Positions 1 through 13,190 of a stretch of DNA of 64,000 bases are shown piece by piece (position 1 is the first letter of the stretch; each line of letters starts with the position of its first letter). This stretch comes from Anthoceros angustus (lineage: Eukaryota; Plantae; Anthocerotophyta): assembly GCA_010909165.1 (NCBI GenBank), contig MU008193.1:543127-607126 (forward strand), read 5' to 3'. The notes below the pieces were generated by a model. The model had not been told where the DNA came from. It did not search any database and was given only the letters and a program-made list of their open reading frames with translations. The translations under genes and the position numbers were made by a program.

Positions 1-927
1 GTGTTTCGCGTCCCAATGCTCGTGCCATAGATTTTGCGTAAGTATGTACATACATACGTACCTAGGTACAAGAAGAATAGTCCACATGGACGGAACAACT
101 TGTACCATGGTGTGCCTAACCTACTTGCACCAAGGGCATCCACTCCCTCCAGGCACCCCATCTACGTACCGATCTAAGCGCTGGACGCTTAACAATGGTG
201 TTCTTATAAAATGTTTGTCCACTTAGCCTAAGCCGTTTTTGGACACACGTATGATATACAGGGTGTCATTTTGACCCCGTCCCAAGCTCGGTCTCGGTCC
301 CGGCATGTGTTAAAAAAAACATGGAACCGGAGGTTCTTCAAGAGTCCGGTCCTCACCCTCGGTTCCCTATTACCCTTGGGGACCGAAGGTTCATAAAAGG
401 TTCGGTTTAAAATTAATAAATTACTTAATTTTATATCTAAGGATTTATATTTATTATGGACACATGGATATCTTATCATGGACGCAATTTACAGTCTGCC
501 GGTTGGGCTGCAGTCTGCGGACTCCGCAGTCTGCAGTCTTTTATATTATTATTTATAAATTATTTATTTAATATTTATTATATTTAATGACCATGGGTCG
601 CAAAAAGGCACGGTCCCTGCTCGGTCCGGGACCGAGCGTAGCCAGGCTAGGCGGTCCCGGGGACTGAGCTAGTACTCGGTCAAAATGTATACCATTGGTA
701 TACACAGACGGTTCGAATCTGGCTGCCGTGTTTCCACGACAGACGTACCGACATTCATGCTGAGCGAGCAGGGGGTCGTCGTGACAGGGCCCAATGGCCC
801 GTGTTTGGAGGACGAGACATGAGCCCCCCGGTTTGAGTGGTAAATTATAAGACAGTAGCGAAAGAGTAGGTAAGGAGGTAAGTGGAGAGCGCAAGAGCCC
901 GACACAAGCTACAGAAAAGTGCGGTGG

Positions 928-2265
928 TCAGAAGCTATTATCGGATGTGAAGAACCAGGTGATGGAGGAAAAGTCGGCCGAAAAAATGTCACCCTGCCGA
1001 GCAGAAGCAGCCACGGTAGGCAAGGGCCTTCCGCCTCTGGTGGAGATGAATTGAGCTGATGTGGCCGCCCCCAACAATCTGAAAGCACAGATTGGGTGAG
1101 TTAGAGCCCTAGGTAGACAAACGATTCTCGTTAGAGGCAGAGGAAAAAGTGCCTGAAGGGAGGTGGTGAAGCTTACGAAGAGCCGGAGAAGGCGTGGATG
1201 CGGTAGAGCTGCCAGGGCCAATCCCGCGGACCGAGAGAGTAGGAGGCCACCAGTTGTCCCTCCGCCTTCCAGCCGAAGGGCCCGGAAACGGTCCAGGTGA
1301 TGGAGGCAGAGCGAATGGTGATGGAGCCCAGGTGCGTGCCGCCGGGGAGGTCGAACAGGGCTCCTGCTCCCGCCGTGAATTCCCAGCTGCCCTGGTTGAA
1401 GGTCCAGTTGGTGAAGCCGGCGGCGAAGACGGCCTGCAAGAAGCGCGAGTCACGGGACACCTCCACCGGCAGGCCGATGGTGGCGGGGGGCAGCGGGTCC
1501 TGCGTGAAGAGGGTGTAGGTGGCCTGGAAGGGCACCACCACCGTCTCGGAGGCCTTGCAGGTCCGGTTGGGGTGCGCTCCTCCGGTGCCGTTGGCCAGGA
1601 CGTAGGAGTAGGAGCCGAAGGAGGTGAGGAAGTTGTGGAACGTGATCTGGACGAGCTGGCTGGGGATGCTGTCGGGATCCGTGTTGTTGACGAAATACAC
1701 CACCTCTCCTGCGGGCATTGAAGGCGAGCAAGAGCATGAGGCACATCACTGGGGCCCGGGCCCGGGCCCGAGGGAATTCCGTGTCTGCGCGTGCGTACCT
1801 GAGACGACGACGTACACCTGCCCCGATTCCACCAGGTCCTCCGCGGTGTTGAGGATGGACCACTGGCCCGTGATGTTGACGCTGGTGTCGTTGTAGGCGT
1901 AGGTGTAGTTCCCTAGCAGTGCGGAGGTGTTGTGCGCATCCACCAAGAGTGCGAAGGAGCTGATCAAATCCCAGTGGCCGTGGAGGCAGCGGAACGTGCG
2001 GGAAGCGGCGCGCGTGACCGTCACCAGAGCCACACTGCAGCAACGCACGTCCAAACAAAGCAGCCTCAGCGAGGGCCGCGGTGAGAGTCCAGGCCAGGAG
2101 CAGCTGCCTGGCAGCACATTGCAGTGCGCACCTGTTTCCCACGGGAGGCGTGATGTCCGTGAGGTTGAGCGGGGGGGACTGGGACTGGGACTGGGACTGG
2201 CCCTGGCCCTGGCCCTGGGCGAGGGCCAGCATAGTCGCGAGCAAGAGCAGGGCCTTGAGCTTCAT
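928..2265 (-). CDS. Secreted protein with degenerate CHRD-like N-domain plus DUF3455-like C-domain, 4 exons (2265-2132, 2034-1799, 1708-1177, 1078-928)
   Basis: Signal peptide MKLKALLLLATMLALAQG; three GT-AG introns of 97, 90 and 98 nt give one continuous frame; C-terminal SITW...GPRDWPWQL...QFISTRGGRP...FSADFSSITWFF resembles the DUF3455 pattern (PTW...DIPWLLL...IQRxxTxGGxAP...YxAxYxF). Confidence 0.75.
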
Positions 2266-2574
2266 CCTGCTACCACTGTTTCCCGTGAACGTGGCTTCCC
2301 AATCCAGCGCTACCGCGCGCCTGCCTCTGGAGATGATCCTCCTTCGAGCAAACTTGAAGCCAGAAGCTGAAGCTGAATTGCGCAAGGCAAGGGAATGTGG
2401 ATGAATCGATAACCCGTGTTCCGTCTGCCTCTTCCCGATTGCAATGCGCGTAATCATGCCCTAGCGCAATGAGGCCCGCAGCAGGCGTATTTGCAGGCAG
2501 CGATGCACGCGGCGCTGCAATGCGGGAGGTGAAAGCAGCAGGCGCCAGGTCAAGGAAAAAACGACACCATACTG

Positions 2575-2669
2575 TAGGCTAGGCTAGGCTAGGCTTGGCT
2601 AGGCTAGGCTAGGCTAGGCTAGGCTAGGCTAGGCTAGGCTAGGCTAGGCTAGGCTAGGCTAGGCTAGGC
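2575..2669. repeat. (TAGGC)n pentanucleotide microsatellite, about 19 units
   Basis: Near-perfect aggct array read directly, with one ttggc variant. Confidence 0.95.
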
Positions 2670-3152
2670 GTTAACAATGTCTCTCCAGCCCTGGGTCCAT
2701 TCGTGCGCAGGCGCAGAGCGGGCAGCCGTTTGCCCTGCCCGTCCGTCAAGAAACATCGTTCACATGAATAACGGCACCAAACCAAATTTCCAAATCCAGC
2801 AAATATGACAAATAATGTATGTACTTTCCACAAAGCTGTGGGGCCTGCGCCTACGGCCTGCCTAGCGGGCGGGCCCCGCGGCTCCGCCGGAGCCGGAGGC
2901 GGAGCCTGACCGGCCACCGACTACGCCGGACCTTCCCTGGACCCAAACCGTAGGCGTAGGCTATGTAAGCATGTTGTTGTCCAGCGACCCCAGTGCCAGC
3001 GGGGCAGCGTGGCACCACCCGAACCCGGACCCGAACCCGGTCCCTCGAAACCCATCGTGGAATACCCTTTCTCTACCCTGTACAGTTCATACATACACTG
3101 TACCTATTTTTGTTGTGTAGGTACCGGCGGGTTGACCTGCTTGGCTGCTCCT

Positions 3153-3201
3153 TTCCCAATTCCCAATTCCCAATTCCCAACTCCCAACTCCCAATTCCCA
3201 A
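3153..3201. repeat. (TTCCCAA/CTCCCAA)n heptamer repeat, about 7 units
   Basis: ttcccaattcccaattcccaattcccaactcccaactcccaattcccaa. Confidence 0.85.
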
Positions 3202-4539
3202 CGCTAAATTATGAACGTGACCGTCCCGTGGAGCTATGAGTAGCGCCATGTCTGCTCCCCCTTCACCTACTCCACATGAAAAGGGTTTAGGTACACGGGG
3301 GCCCGGTTGAGAACTTCAGGCCCCTGCGGGTTTTTTGCGGCTCCATACATATAATCTCGCCTGTGGGAAATTTCAGCTCGGTATGATCGAAAGGCCACAG
3401 GCATAGCGAGTCGCGACCATACAGGCTGGCATGGACCCGTCCATGTGGACACATTTGGCTAGCAGGCTGCAGCTCGCACTACTTGGATCCTTGGATAAGG
3501 AAGTAGTACCCTCCATGGACTCCCGCTGCTCAACATGCCCCTTCGACTACCAAAAACGCTCTCACTATCTCCAGGCCTCCGAGTCCCGACTTGCAACACA
3601 CGGCTCCCTAGGCCTTTCCGACACCTCCAACAGCCTTACAACATGCGATAACTAGCAACCTACCCTATTCCCCACCGGTGATCCTATTTAAGCTTATATT
3701 ACTTTAGCATTGATTCATATTATAATAAAATATTAAAATTTTAGTCTAATTCTTCTCCAAGATATTATGCCTACGCGAAAGAAAAGAAATAGATGACTTA
3801 TCACTCAATTGGGATAGATACATTGGATTTGGGAAAAAGTATTTCAACTAGTTTAATCCCGGACTAACTGGAAATATGACATGTAATTTTTCAAGATATT
3901 GAAATCACTGTCCTGTAATTTTGAGAATTTTGAATCTATTCTTTTTTTTAATTTAGAAAATTGTGTCAATTAGAGAGATAAATCTGATAATTAAATTTTT
4001 AATTATTTATTATAAGTGTTTCCTATTTATTCCTTTACACTTGAAAAGGAAGTAAACTTGCAATAAGGTTATAGGAGGGGTTTTCATTTCAAGGGGTGCA
4101 ATTATGGATCACCGACTCTACATATATATGTACCTAGTTGTCTTATTAAGTCAAGAGTACATGTTATTAATAGGCGAGATGGGAAATCCCATCTACCCCT
4201 AATTGTCTTATTAAGAAGGTTTCCACTCAAGATATTGTTGCTTCAGGAGGACGTTTTTTGCTTCGGGAGGACGTTTTTTACAGCTTTATAAGTTGACTTA
4301 CACAAGAGTTCGAGAACAGAAGGCTGGTTATTATTCAGGGTTTCCTTTCTAGCAATTAGGGATGGTACTTCCATTTGGGTCATGTGCATTCACAGAAGGT
4401 ACTTCAAACAAACGCCTTGGTACTATGGTTTTCATGTATCTCCATCAATTGTTGGTCCTCTTTGTTCTGATTGTATATGTGGTAAACATCGACAGAAGGG
4501 TTTTCCTGTTCATCCTAAGTCTTGGGTTTCCGTGCTATT

Positions 4540-4798
4540 TGATGAAATATATGTAGTTTAGGGCACTATTCATTAGGGCACCTTTACTTAAACATTAGTT
4601 TCCATCTAGGGCATTAAGTAGTTATTTAATTAGTTGCTCTAGGTAGTTAGTTGTTATATTAGTTGCAACTACCTAGTGGTTACAACAACTTATGGTTGTA
4701 ACCACCTAACCACCTAGCCTATAAAAAGGCTTGTACTCTTTACTCTTAATCTAATTGTATTGTAGCACTTTGTGCCTAAGAGCTATTGATTCTCATCA
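4540..4798 (+). repeat. Copia 5' LTR (259 bp)
   Basis: TG...CA ends, TATA-like ctataaaaag, near-identical to 35599-35808. Confidence 0.92.
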
Positions 4799-4810
4799 TG
4801 GTATCACAGC
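4799..4810 (+). promoter_or_regulatory. Primer-binding site, tRNA-iMet type
   Basis: tggtatcacagc directly after the LTR end, versus canonical TGGTATCAGAGC. Confidence 0.9.
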
Positions 4811-4979
4811 AAGAAGCTCTCTATGCTTGAGCTCTACACTCCCTTCTGCCCAATGCTACTCTAGCTTCCTTCTATTGCTAATTATGCATCGTGGAGACTT
4901 CATTTTGGGCAGCAATCGAGTGTAGCATCAAGTGTTCTAAGGATGTACAATTTATGCATCCATCTCCTGTTCGCTCTCA

Positions 4980-5531
4980 ATGGATTCTTTAAATTCTAGC
5001 GAACATGGAAGAAGGTAGAAAGTTAAGACACAGAGAAGGAGGAGGAAACAACAAAACTTCATAGAAGTATCATCAGAGGAATTTGATACTATCTCCCCTA
5101 TTGAACATGATATGCTTGAAGTCCATGTTGGTAACGTTATATTTGCTCTTCTCTCTGAGTCTGAGCACAAAGCAAAGTCCATCACCCTAGCTAGAAGAAC
5201 TTTGCTTTCAACATTTAGTCTTTATCAAATAGGATGTATTGAGTCTGCAATTATTCAATTCATCAACAAAAAGACTACAACTTTCTTCCCAAATCCAGAC
5301 AAACTACAGAAAACACTCAACTCCATTAGATCAGAAGCTATTCAAATATATACTTCTACTGCTGAGAGATTGAATTATCTTCCCCAAGAGATACATTTAA
5401 TCTCTACAGCTGTTGAGAAACTAACTATTAAAGAAGTTGATACTTCTGACCTTTCTGTCTGGAGCAATACATATTTGCAAAAGAACAATGAAGAAAATGC
5501 GACGTGCTCACGCCACTCCCAAAGTTATTAA
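4980..5531 (+). pseudogene. Extra ORF (ORF0) between the copia PBS and gag, 184 codons with one in-frame TAG
   Basis: MDSLNSSEHGRR*KVKTQRRRRKQQNF... is in frame with the 139-aa ORF 5112-5531. Confidence 0.5.
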
Positions 5532-5589
5532 GAGGACTCTGCGACAAGCATGATCCAGCTATCTTCATTGATATTGAACATCACCGCAA

Positions 5590-8500
5590 TGTCCGAGGAG
5601 CAAGTAATTGAAGTTACAAATTCGACGCCAAAACTTAAAAATGGCTTGGCAAGAAAGAGCCAAATGGGAAGAAGAGTGGAAAAGAAAGACTTCTGACTCT
5701 GCACATACAACTGTGGTTCATGGAGAAGGCTTCAAGGAGAAAGATAGATTTAATGGAAAAGGATATGACGTTTGGCAAATACGTGCCAAAGGAGTACTGT
5801 GACAACGTGACTTATGGGATATCGTTAGCGGTGATATTGATTGTCCCCTCTGGAATCAGGATTCTAAAGAAAAATGGGACATCAAGGATCAGAAGGCTCA
5901 AGAGATCATCATAAGTGGACTTACCGAATCAATGGTCCGACAAGTCTCGGAAGCAGATACCTCCAAGGAAATATGGGACCGTCTTGCTCAAATATATGCT
6001 TCAAATGATGTGATGAGCATATTGACGGCCACTCGAAATTTTCAGAATCTCAAGATGAGAGAAAACGATTCCATTGAGAGCCATATTAGTACTTTTAGAT
6101 TGGCTAATACAGAGGACTCACAAGCATGATCCAAATTTATCTTCCCCAAGAGATACATTTAATCTCTTATCTTTTATCTTCATTGATATTGAACATCACC
6201 GCAATGTCCGAGGAGCAAGTAATTGTGAAGTTACAAATTCGACGCCAAAACTGCTCAAATATATGCTTCAAATGATGTGATGAGCATATTGACGGCCACT
6301 CCCAAAGTTATTAAGAGGACTCCAGCCATTGTCACGACACTCGCTCCACCGCATGCAAGTGATGTTCACCGGAAGAGGCGAGGTAGAGGCCGAGGTCATG
6401 CGCGTAAGACCCAACACCTCTTGCCCATATATCAACTCCCTCATAGAGAATCTACATCTTCTTCAACCGCAAAAGGCAAAAAGAAGATTGGAGTTATTTG
6501 TAATTGGTGCGTAATACAATCATATGGAGAAGGATCGCAACAAGAAGAAGAATGGCGAGCCTAGAAAGGAGGCCGCACCTGGAGCACATGTTGCTGTGAA
6601 GAAACCATCTTCCTCAACACCATCAGCTCTCACTGTATGCTTGGCATCATCAAAGCCAACAAAGCCATATTGGTACTTGGACAGTGGAGCTACATCACAC
6701 ATCTGTCACAACAGAAACTCTTTTGAGTCCTATTCGCCAGTTACAGGACACCAGACTGTCCTACTGGGCGATGACCACAACCTCCCCATCTCTGGTGTAG
6801 GTTCCGTCATTCTCAGATGTTCTTCAGGCCAAGTTCTCTCTCTCTCTCTCATGTCCTTCATGTACCATCCATGTGTAAAAACTTAGTGTTTGCTGCTAGC
6901 TTATGTTTAGAACATAGTATGCAAGTCATTTTAAACGCAGATAGTTGTCTTATCTTTTATCTTCCGAGTAAGTCCCATACCATCCGCCGTGCACTTTAGA
7001 GGACGGATTATATAAACTGTCTGTCCAAGTGGGTTTCTTACATGATAAGATACATGTAGCTTCCCAAAATTCTGCAACATCCTCCAACACCATACTTTGG
7101 CATTGTCGTTTAGGTCATCCTAACAGCCAAAAACTCGTTCAAATGTCTAAGGGAAATCTCTATAGAAGTCCTTCCTTTTCCATGATAGAACCACTATCCT
7201 GGTGTGAAGCCGTGTCGTAACCAAAAGACATCACGCTCCCTTCCAAAATAACTCTCCACAGCGGGCTATATCACCCCTTGAGTTAGTTCACACAGACATT
7301 TGCGGCCCAGTTTCTGCACCATCCTTTAGTGGTTGTAGATACTTCCTTACTTTCATTGATGATTTCTCCCGTTTTACCTCAACATATATCCTTAAGCACA
7401 AAAGTGAAGCTTTTCAGTACTTTAAGGACTACATGATGTGGGCGGAGAGACTTACAGACAAGAAACTCAAGACCCTCCGTTCCGACAATGGCGAAGTTTA
7501 CTTCACATGCTTTTACCGATTTTTGTCGAGCTCAAGGCATTGCTCAACAACTCACAGCTATATATACGCCTCAAAAAATGGCTTGGTGAAGAAAGAGCCA
7601 AATGGGAAGAAGAGTGGAAAAGAAAGACTTCGACTACTGCACATACAACGTGGTTCATGGAGAAGGCTTCAAGGAGAAAGATAGATTTAATGGAAAAGGA
7701 TATGGCGTTTGGCAAATACGTGCCAAAGAATCTTGTGACAACGTGACTTATGGGATATCGTTAGCGGTGATATTGATTGTCCCCTCTCGAATCGATTCTA
7801 AAGAAAAATGGGACATCAAGGATCAAGGCTCAAGAGATCATCATAAGTGGACTTATCGAATCAATGGTCCGACAAGTCTCGGAAGCAGATACCTCCAAGG
7901 AAATATGGGACCGTCTTGCTCAAATATATGCTTCAAATGATGTGATGAGCATATTGACCACTCAGAATCTCAAGATGAGAGAAAACGATTCCATTGAGAG
8001 CCATATTAGTACTTTTAGATTGGCTAATACAGGAGGACTCCAGCCATTGTCACGACACTCGCTCCACCAGACAGCAAGTGATGTTCACTGGAAGAGGCAG
8101 AGGTAGAGGCCGAGGCTGCGGCCAAGGCAGAAGACCCAACACCTCTTGCCCATATATCAACTCCCCTCATAGAGAATCTACATCTTCTTCAACGCCTGCA
8201 AAAGGCAAAAAGAAGATTGGAGTTATTTGTAATTGGTGCAGAATACCGAATCATATGGAGAAGGACTGCAACAAGAAGAAGAATGGCGAGCCTAGAAAGG
8301 AGGCCGCACCTGGAGCACATGTTGCTGTGAAGAAACCATCTTCCTCAACACCATCAGCTCTCACTGTATGCTTGGCATCATCAAAGCCAACAAAGCCATA
8401 TTGGTACTTGGACAGTGGAGCTACATCACACATCTGTCACAACAGAAACTCTTTTGAGTCCTATTCGACAGGACACCGTGCCCATCGGCGATGACCACAA

Positions 8501-11108
8501 CCTCCCCATCTCTGGTGTAGGTTCCGTCATTCTCAGATGTTCTTCAGGCCAAGTTCTCTCTCTCTTTCATGTCCTTCATGTACCATCCATGTGTAAAAAC
8601 TTAGTGTCTGCTGCTAGCTTATGTTTAGAACATAGTATGCCAGTCATTTTAAACGCAGATAGTTGTCTTATCTTTTATCTTCTGAGTAAGTCCCATACCA
8701 TCTGCTCAGGCACTTTAGAGGACGGATTATATAAACTGTCTGTCCAAGTGGGTTTCTTACATGATAAGATACATGTAGCTTCCCAAAATTCTGCAACATC
8801 CTCCAACACCATACTTTGGCATTGTCGTTTAGGTCATCCTAACAGCCAAAAACTCGTTCAAATGTCTAAGGGAAATCTCTATAGAAGTCCTTCCTTTTCC
8901 ATGATAGAACCACTATCCTGGTGTGAAGCCGTGTCGTAACCAAAAGACATCACGCTCCCTTCCAAAATAACTCTCCACAGCGGGCTATATCACCCCTTGA
9001 GTTAGTTCACAGACATTTAGGATTTACACCATCCTTTAGTGGTTGTAGATACTTCCTTACTTTCATTGATGATTTCTCCCGTTTTACCTCAACATATATC
9101 CTTAAGCACAAAAGTGAAGCTTTTCAGTACTTTAAGGACTACATGATGTGGGTGGAGAGACTTACAGACAAGAAACTCAAGACCCTCCGTTCCGACAATG
9201 GCGGCGAGTTTACTTCACATGCTTTTACTGATTTTTGTCGAGCTCAAGGCATTGCTCAACAACTCACAGTTATATATACGCCTCAGCAAAATGGCGTAGC
9301 AGAAAATAAGAACTTACGTCTTCAAGAGATCACAGGTTGCTTGCTCTCCCAAGCCAAATTAACCAAATCATAGTGGGCAGAAGCAATGCTTACAACAACA
9401 TATCTCATTGATCGAATGCCAACCTCTGCGGTTAAAGGGATGACACCTTATGAAGCATTCACCGACAGAAAGCCTTCTATAGATCATCTTCGGATTTTTG
9501 GCTGTACCGCTTATGTTTTTATTCCTAAAGCACAGCGCAAGAAACTAGATAATAAGGCTGCCAAGTATACTTTTATTGGCTATACTGAAGGCATCAAAGG
9601 ATACAAATTATTTGATCCTTTACAAAGAGACTAATATACGCTCAGAGCGTTACTTTTCATGAGTCTCCAATACTATCTTCTTCAGTGGATTCTCCTGTTT
9701 TCGTTCCTGATGATAATCATCTGCCTTCGTCGTTTGATAATGACGGATTTATTTCCCTACATTACTCCCCTTCCTCTCCTTCGATTGAACCTATACTGTA
9801 GGAGGAGGAGGAGCCACCTTCTCCAAGACGACCCACTACTCCAGATCCAGATATGGAAATTCCTTAACACCTTGAAGATCTTCCTGACAATGAACTTTCC
9901 AAGCCTGAATATCTGGATGAAGATGAGCCGGTTCCTCCTATACATGAACCAGCTCCTGAACAAGAAGAGAACACTTCAGAACAAGTCGTCAACGAAGATG
10001 TACAACCTGCACCAAGGTACAACCTAAGAACCAGACCTGCTGTCTCTGGGCTTGCAGGATGGAATGAGCCACCTCTAGGATACCTTACTACTTTTGATGA
10101 TCCCTCCTCACCTTTCTCCCATTTCCATCAAGCTGTTTACAAAGCCACAGTTGATCCTGAAGAGCCACTAACCTTGAAACAAGCCTTTTCCTCTCGTGAG
10201 AAAGACTTATGGAAAGCCGCAGTGGACTCTTAGTATGACTCCCTAGTTAAGAACTCCACATGGGAATAAGTCAAACCACTCAAAGGGAGAAAAATAGTTG
10301 GGAGCAAATGGGTATTCAAAATTGAACGCAAGGGTGATGGTTCCATTGAGAGATATAAGGCAAGACTAGTAGCCAGAGGTTTTACCCAAATACCGGGTTT
10401 AGATTACATACCCTGGGCTACTTATGCTCCAGTAGCAAAATCCATCTTAATGGATTTTGCTACTGGAGCATAAGTAGCCTCTTTAAGAATGATAATTATC
10501 TTGACCGCTCAACATGATTTACACCTTCACATGATGGACGTCAAAACTGCTTACTTGCATGGACGCATTCAAGAAGAAATATACATGAGACAACCTGAGG
10601 GTTATGAGGTCAAAGGCAAAGAAGATATGGTATGTAGGCTAATCAAAGGTCTCTATGGCCTAAAGCAATCTAGAAAGGAATGGAACAAGGATATACATGA
10701 CAAGCTTATCAAGTATGGCTTTATCCAAAGCAAAGCTGATGCAAGTATGTATATCTTAAAGTTAAAACATCATACACTTTACCTCTTACTTTATGTGGAT
10801 GACTTATTCTTAGCATCATCTTCACTCTCCCACTTAGCTGAAGTTAAAGCTTGGTTAAGAAGTCACAATGAAATGACAGACTTGGGAGAGCTAACCTATG
10901 CCCTTGGCGTCAATGTTATAAGGGATAGAGGTAATAAATCCATCAGCCTAGTTCAAACAAAATATATAAAAGAAAGTTTAGACAAGTTTGGACTTGAAGA
11001 CGCTAAACATGCTGCCGGACACCATTCCCTAGTGGCACAAGGCTCACTTCTAACATGAGCACTAAGACAAATGCTGAAAAAGGAAGAAATGTCAGCAGTA
11101 CCATAGAC
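5590..11108 (+). pseudogene. Copia gag-pol 5' part (gag, zinc knuckle, protease, GAG-pre-integrase, integrase, RT) with frameshifts and an internal tandem duplication
   Basis: KAQEIIISGL...EIWDRL (gag), CNWCRIPNHMEKDC (CCHC), WYLDSGATSHIC (protease), LWHCRLGH, LRSDNGGEF...TPQQNGVAE (INT), MDVKTAYLHG, LLLYVDDL (RT). Confidence 0.92.
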
Positions 11109-12042
11109 AACATGCTATTTAGTGAAGGGCGTGATTATTCAACATGAGGGTTTTCTGCTTTTTATCTGCCGAAGGGGGTTTTTGATGGGTGTTGAATCCG
11201 ATGTTCACCACTTGTGTTGGAAAAGGGTGTCAGAAAGAAGGGTCAACAACTATACTAGACAGTGCTTGCCGGTGCGTGACATGTGGAGCGAGGGTTCTAG
11301 TTTACACCTATGCCGACTTTAGAGCCCATTTACAGCCCAAAATTGAGGGCCATGACTGCAGGTGAAGATGAGTACATTTCACGATGCCACCGCAAACAAT
11401 CGGGAAAACATGGTCCAACCAATGTCATAACTCTCCTATTTCAAGTTTCCCCACAGAGAACCCTTCCAAGCGGGGTGGTGGTGGTATGGTTCATACGAAT
11501 ACCTTCTGCCAGACATGACATTCATGGAATTCGCTGTGCAGGGCGCCGGCCAGCCGGCGCCCTGCACCCGCCTACCACAATGCCAGAAAGTGGCATGTCA
11601 TCTCCTATCCCTTGGTAGGATGTAGGAATCGATTTTTGAGACAAGAGGGCTGCTAGATGTGCGTCACCAACCCTCTGACATGATCCTATGTATAGTCATG
11701 TGACTGGCAGTGATCAATTACATCAAAGTGCTGGGTATGGATGCATTATTAGTGACTAGTATTGTGCAAGCCCTAAATGTGCACATGCTCTAAATGTGCA
11801 AATAGCACGGCAAAAGCCGGTCCCCTCAACTGTGCTAATGAATTTAGTACTAAAACCGTTCAGTGTTTGGAGCACGGGAGTTTCCAACGGCTAACATCTT
11901 GTAGAATATACAGGTCGTTTCCAACTTGCCCCATGGACAATGCGCTACAATGAACGTGTCGAATGTGTCTTGCGGGTTTTCCCTTCTCAAAACATAAAAT
12001 GTGGCTACGGCCTATGCGCACTTTTAATATTCGAAGTGCATT

Positions 12043-13190
12043 CTACTCTCCTTCTGAATTGACGCCGTCATCTTCGTTAGGTACGACATCATCACCGTCA
12101 TCTTCACTGTCCTCTGCGGCAGTTTGACTTGCTGGTTGTATGAAGCCCCGCAATTCATTCAGCTTGTCCTTGATCGCCTTCTTGTCTACCGCATATAGGT
12201 GTTTCCGAGAATTCAAGGTGAAACCATAATACAAGATGATGGTTTTCTGTACATATACTTCCTGAATATTTTTGGGGTTAAAAACCTTCGACCCCCTTTT
12301 TCCCGGTTTGTTGCTTGGCTGCTTGCCCTCCCCCCGAATTATATATTCTTCAACGTACCTACCCTCAAACGCATCTGTGTGCTCTGTTCAGTACCAGTGA
12401 ACAAGAAAGTGAGGCTTGCTTGCTTATGATGACAGTAACAAACCCACTGTCACCTTTGGCTTCTCTCGTAATTTTGAATTGGTGCTGGTAAGACAGGTTG
12501 TTTAATTTTTGACCGCCAGACAATGCGTGTCCACCTTGCCCTTGCCTCGACACAAACATATGACCAAGTCCGAACTTCGCCAATATCTTCACCTCTGGCT
12601 GAGGAGTGTACGCACTAATCAAAATCTCTGACAATGCAGGAAGAGTGTGAGCTTCCTTGTGTTTTAAGCTTTTTGAAAAGCATGAAAACATTTGGTCGAT
12701 TTGATCATGCTTATGCCCCACCAACAAAAACCCCACTTTCACCTTTTCAAACGTCCCTATGTCCACGAGCATGTTGAGATAGGCAAAAAGCAGTTGATTC
12801 TTGTTCTCTCTGCAGTGTTGTCCAATTGCAAATATAACACTTTCTGCAATACTCCTTTGTAGTTATGTATAACATCCTGGATGATGGTAATCGTGAGATT
12901 GGCATCATTCCGCAAGTTTGCATAATGCAAGTAAGCTCTTGCCTTAAACGTGTAATTGTGGATCATGCACCCAACCACATGAACCTGAAGTTCTTTGGCC
13001 ATCAAAGTAGATGAGGAATCTCCGTCTTCTTCTGGTCCATTCCATTGATTGAAAGTAGAAGGTACATATGTGGTTCTACATGACTCTTGCTCTTGTGTTT
13101 CGCCATCTTCAGTCGCTCCTGGTGTAACCGCAAACGATGGGCATCTAAAGCCGCTTGATATTTTTCTGTTTCAGAAAACATGCACACTTG
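12043..13190 (-). pseudogene. Outer element transposase, catalytic/C-terminal part (Sola-like, DUF7869-type DDD)
   Basis: SINGMDQKKT, LYLQLDNT, FLLVGHKHDQIDQMFS motifs; acceptor gaaacag before EKYQAALDAH. Confidence 0.8.

Noticed and set aside
230-900. GGTCCC/GGGACC/GGTTC-rich stretch as a MITE or Helitron
   Set aside because: Could not define paired termini or a TSD.
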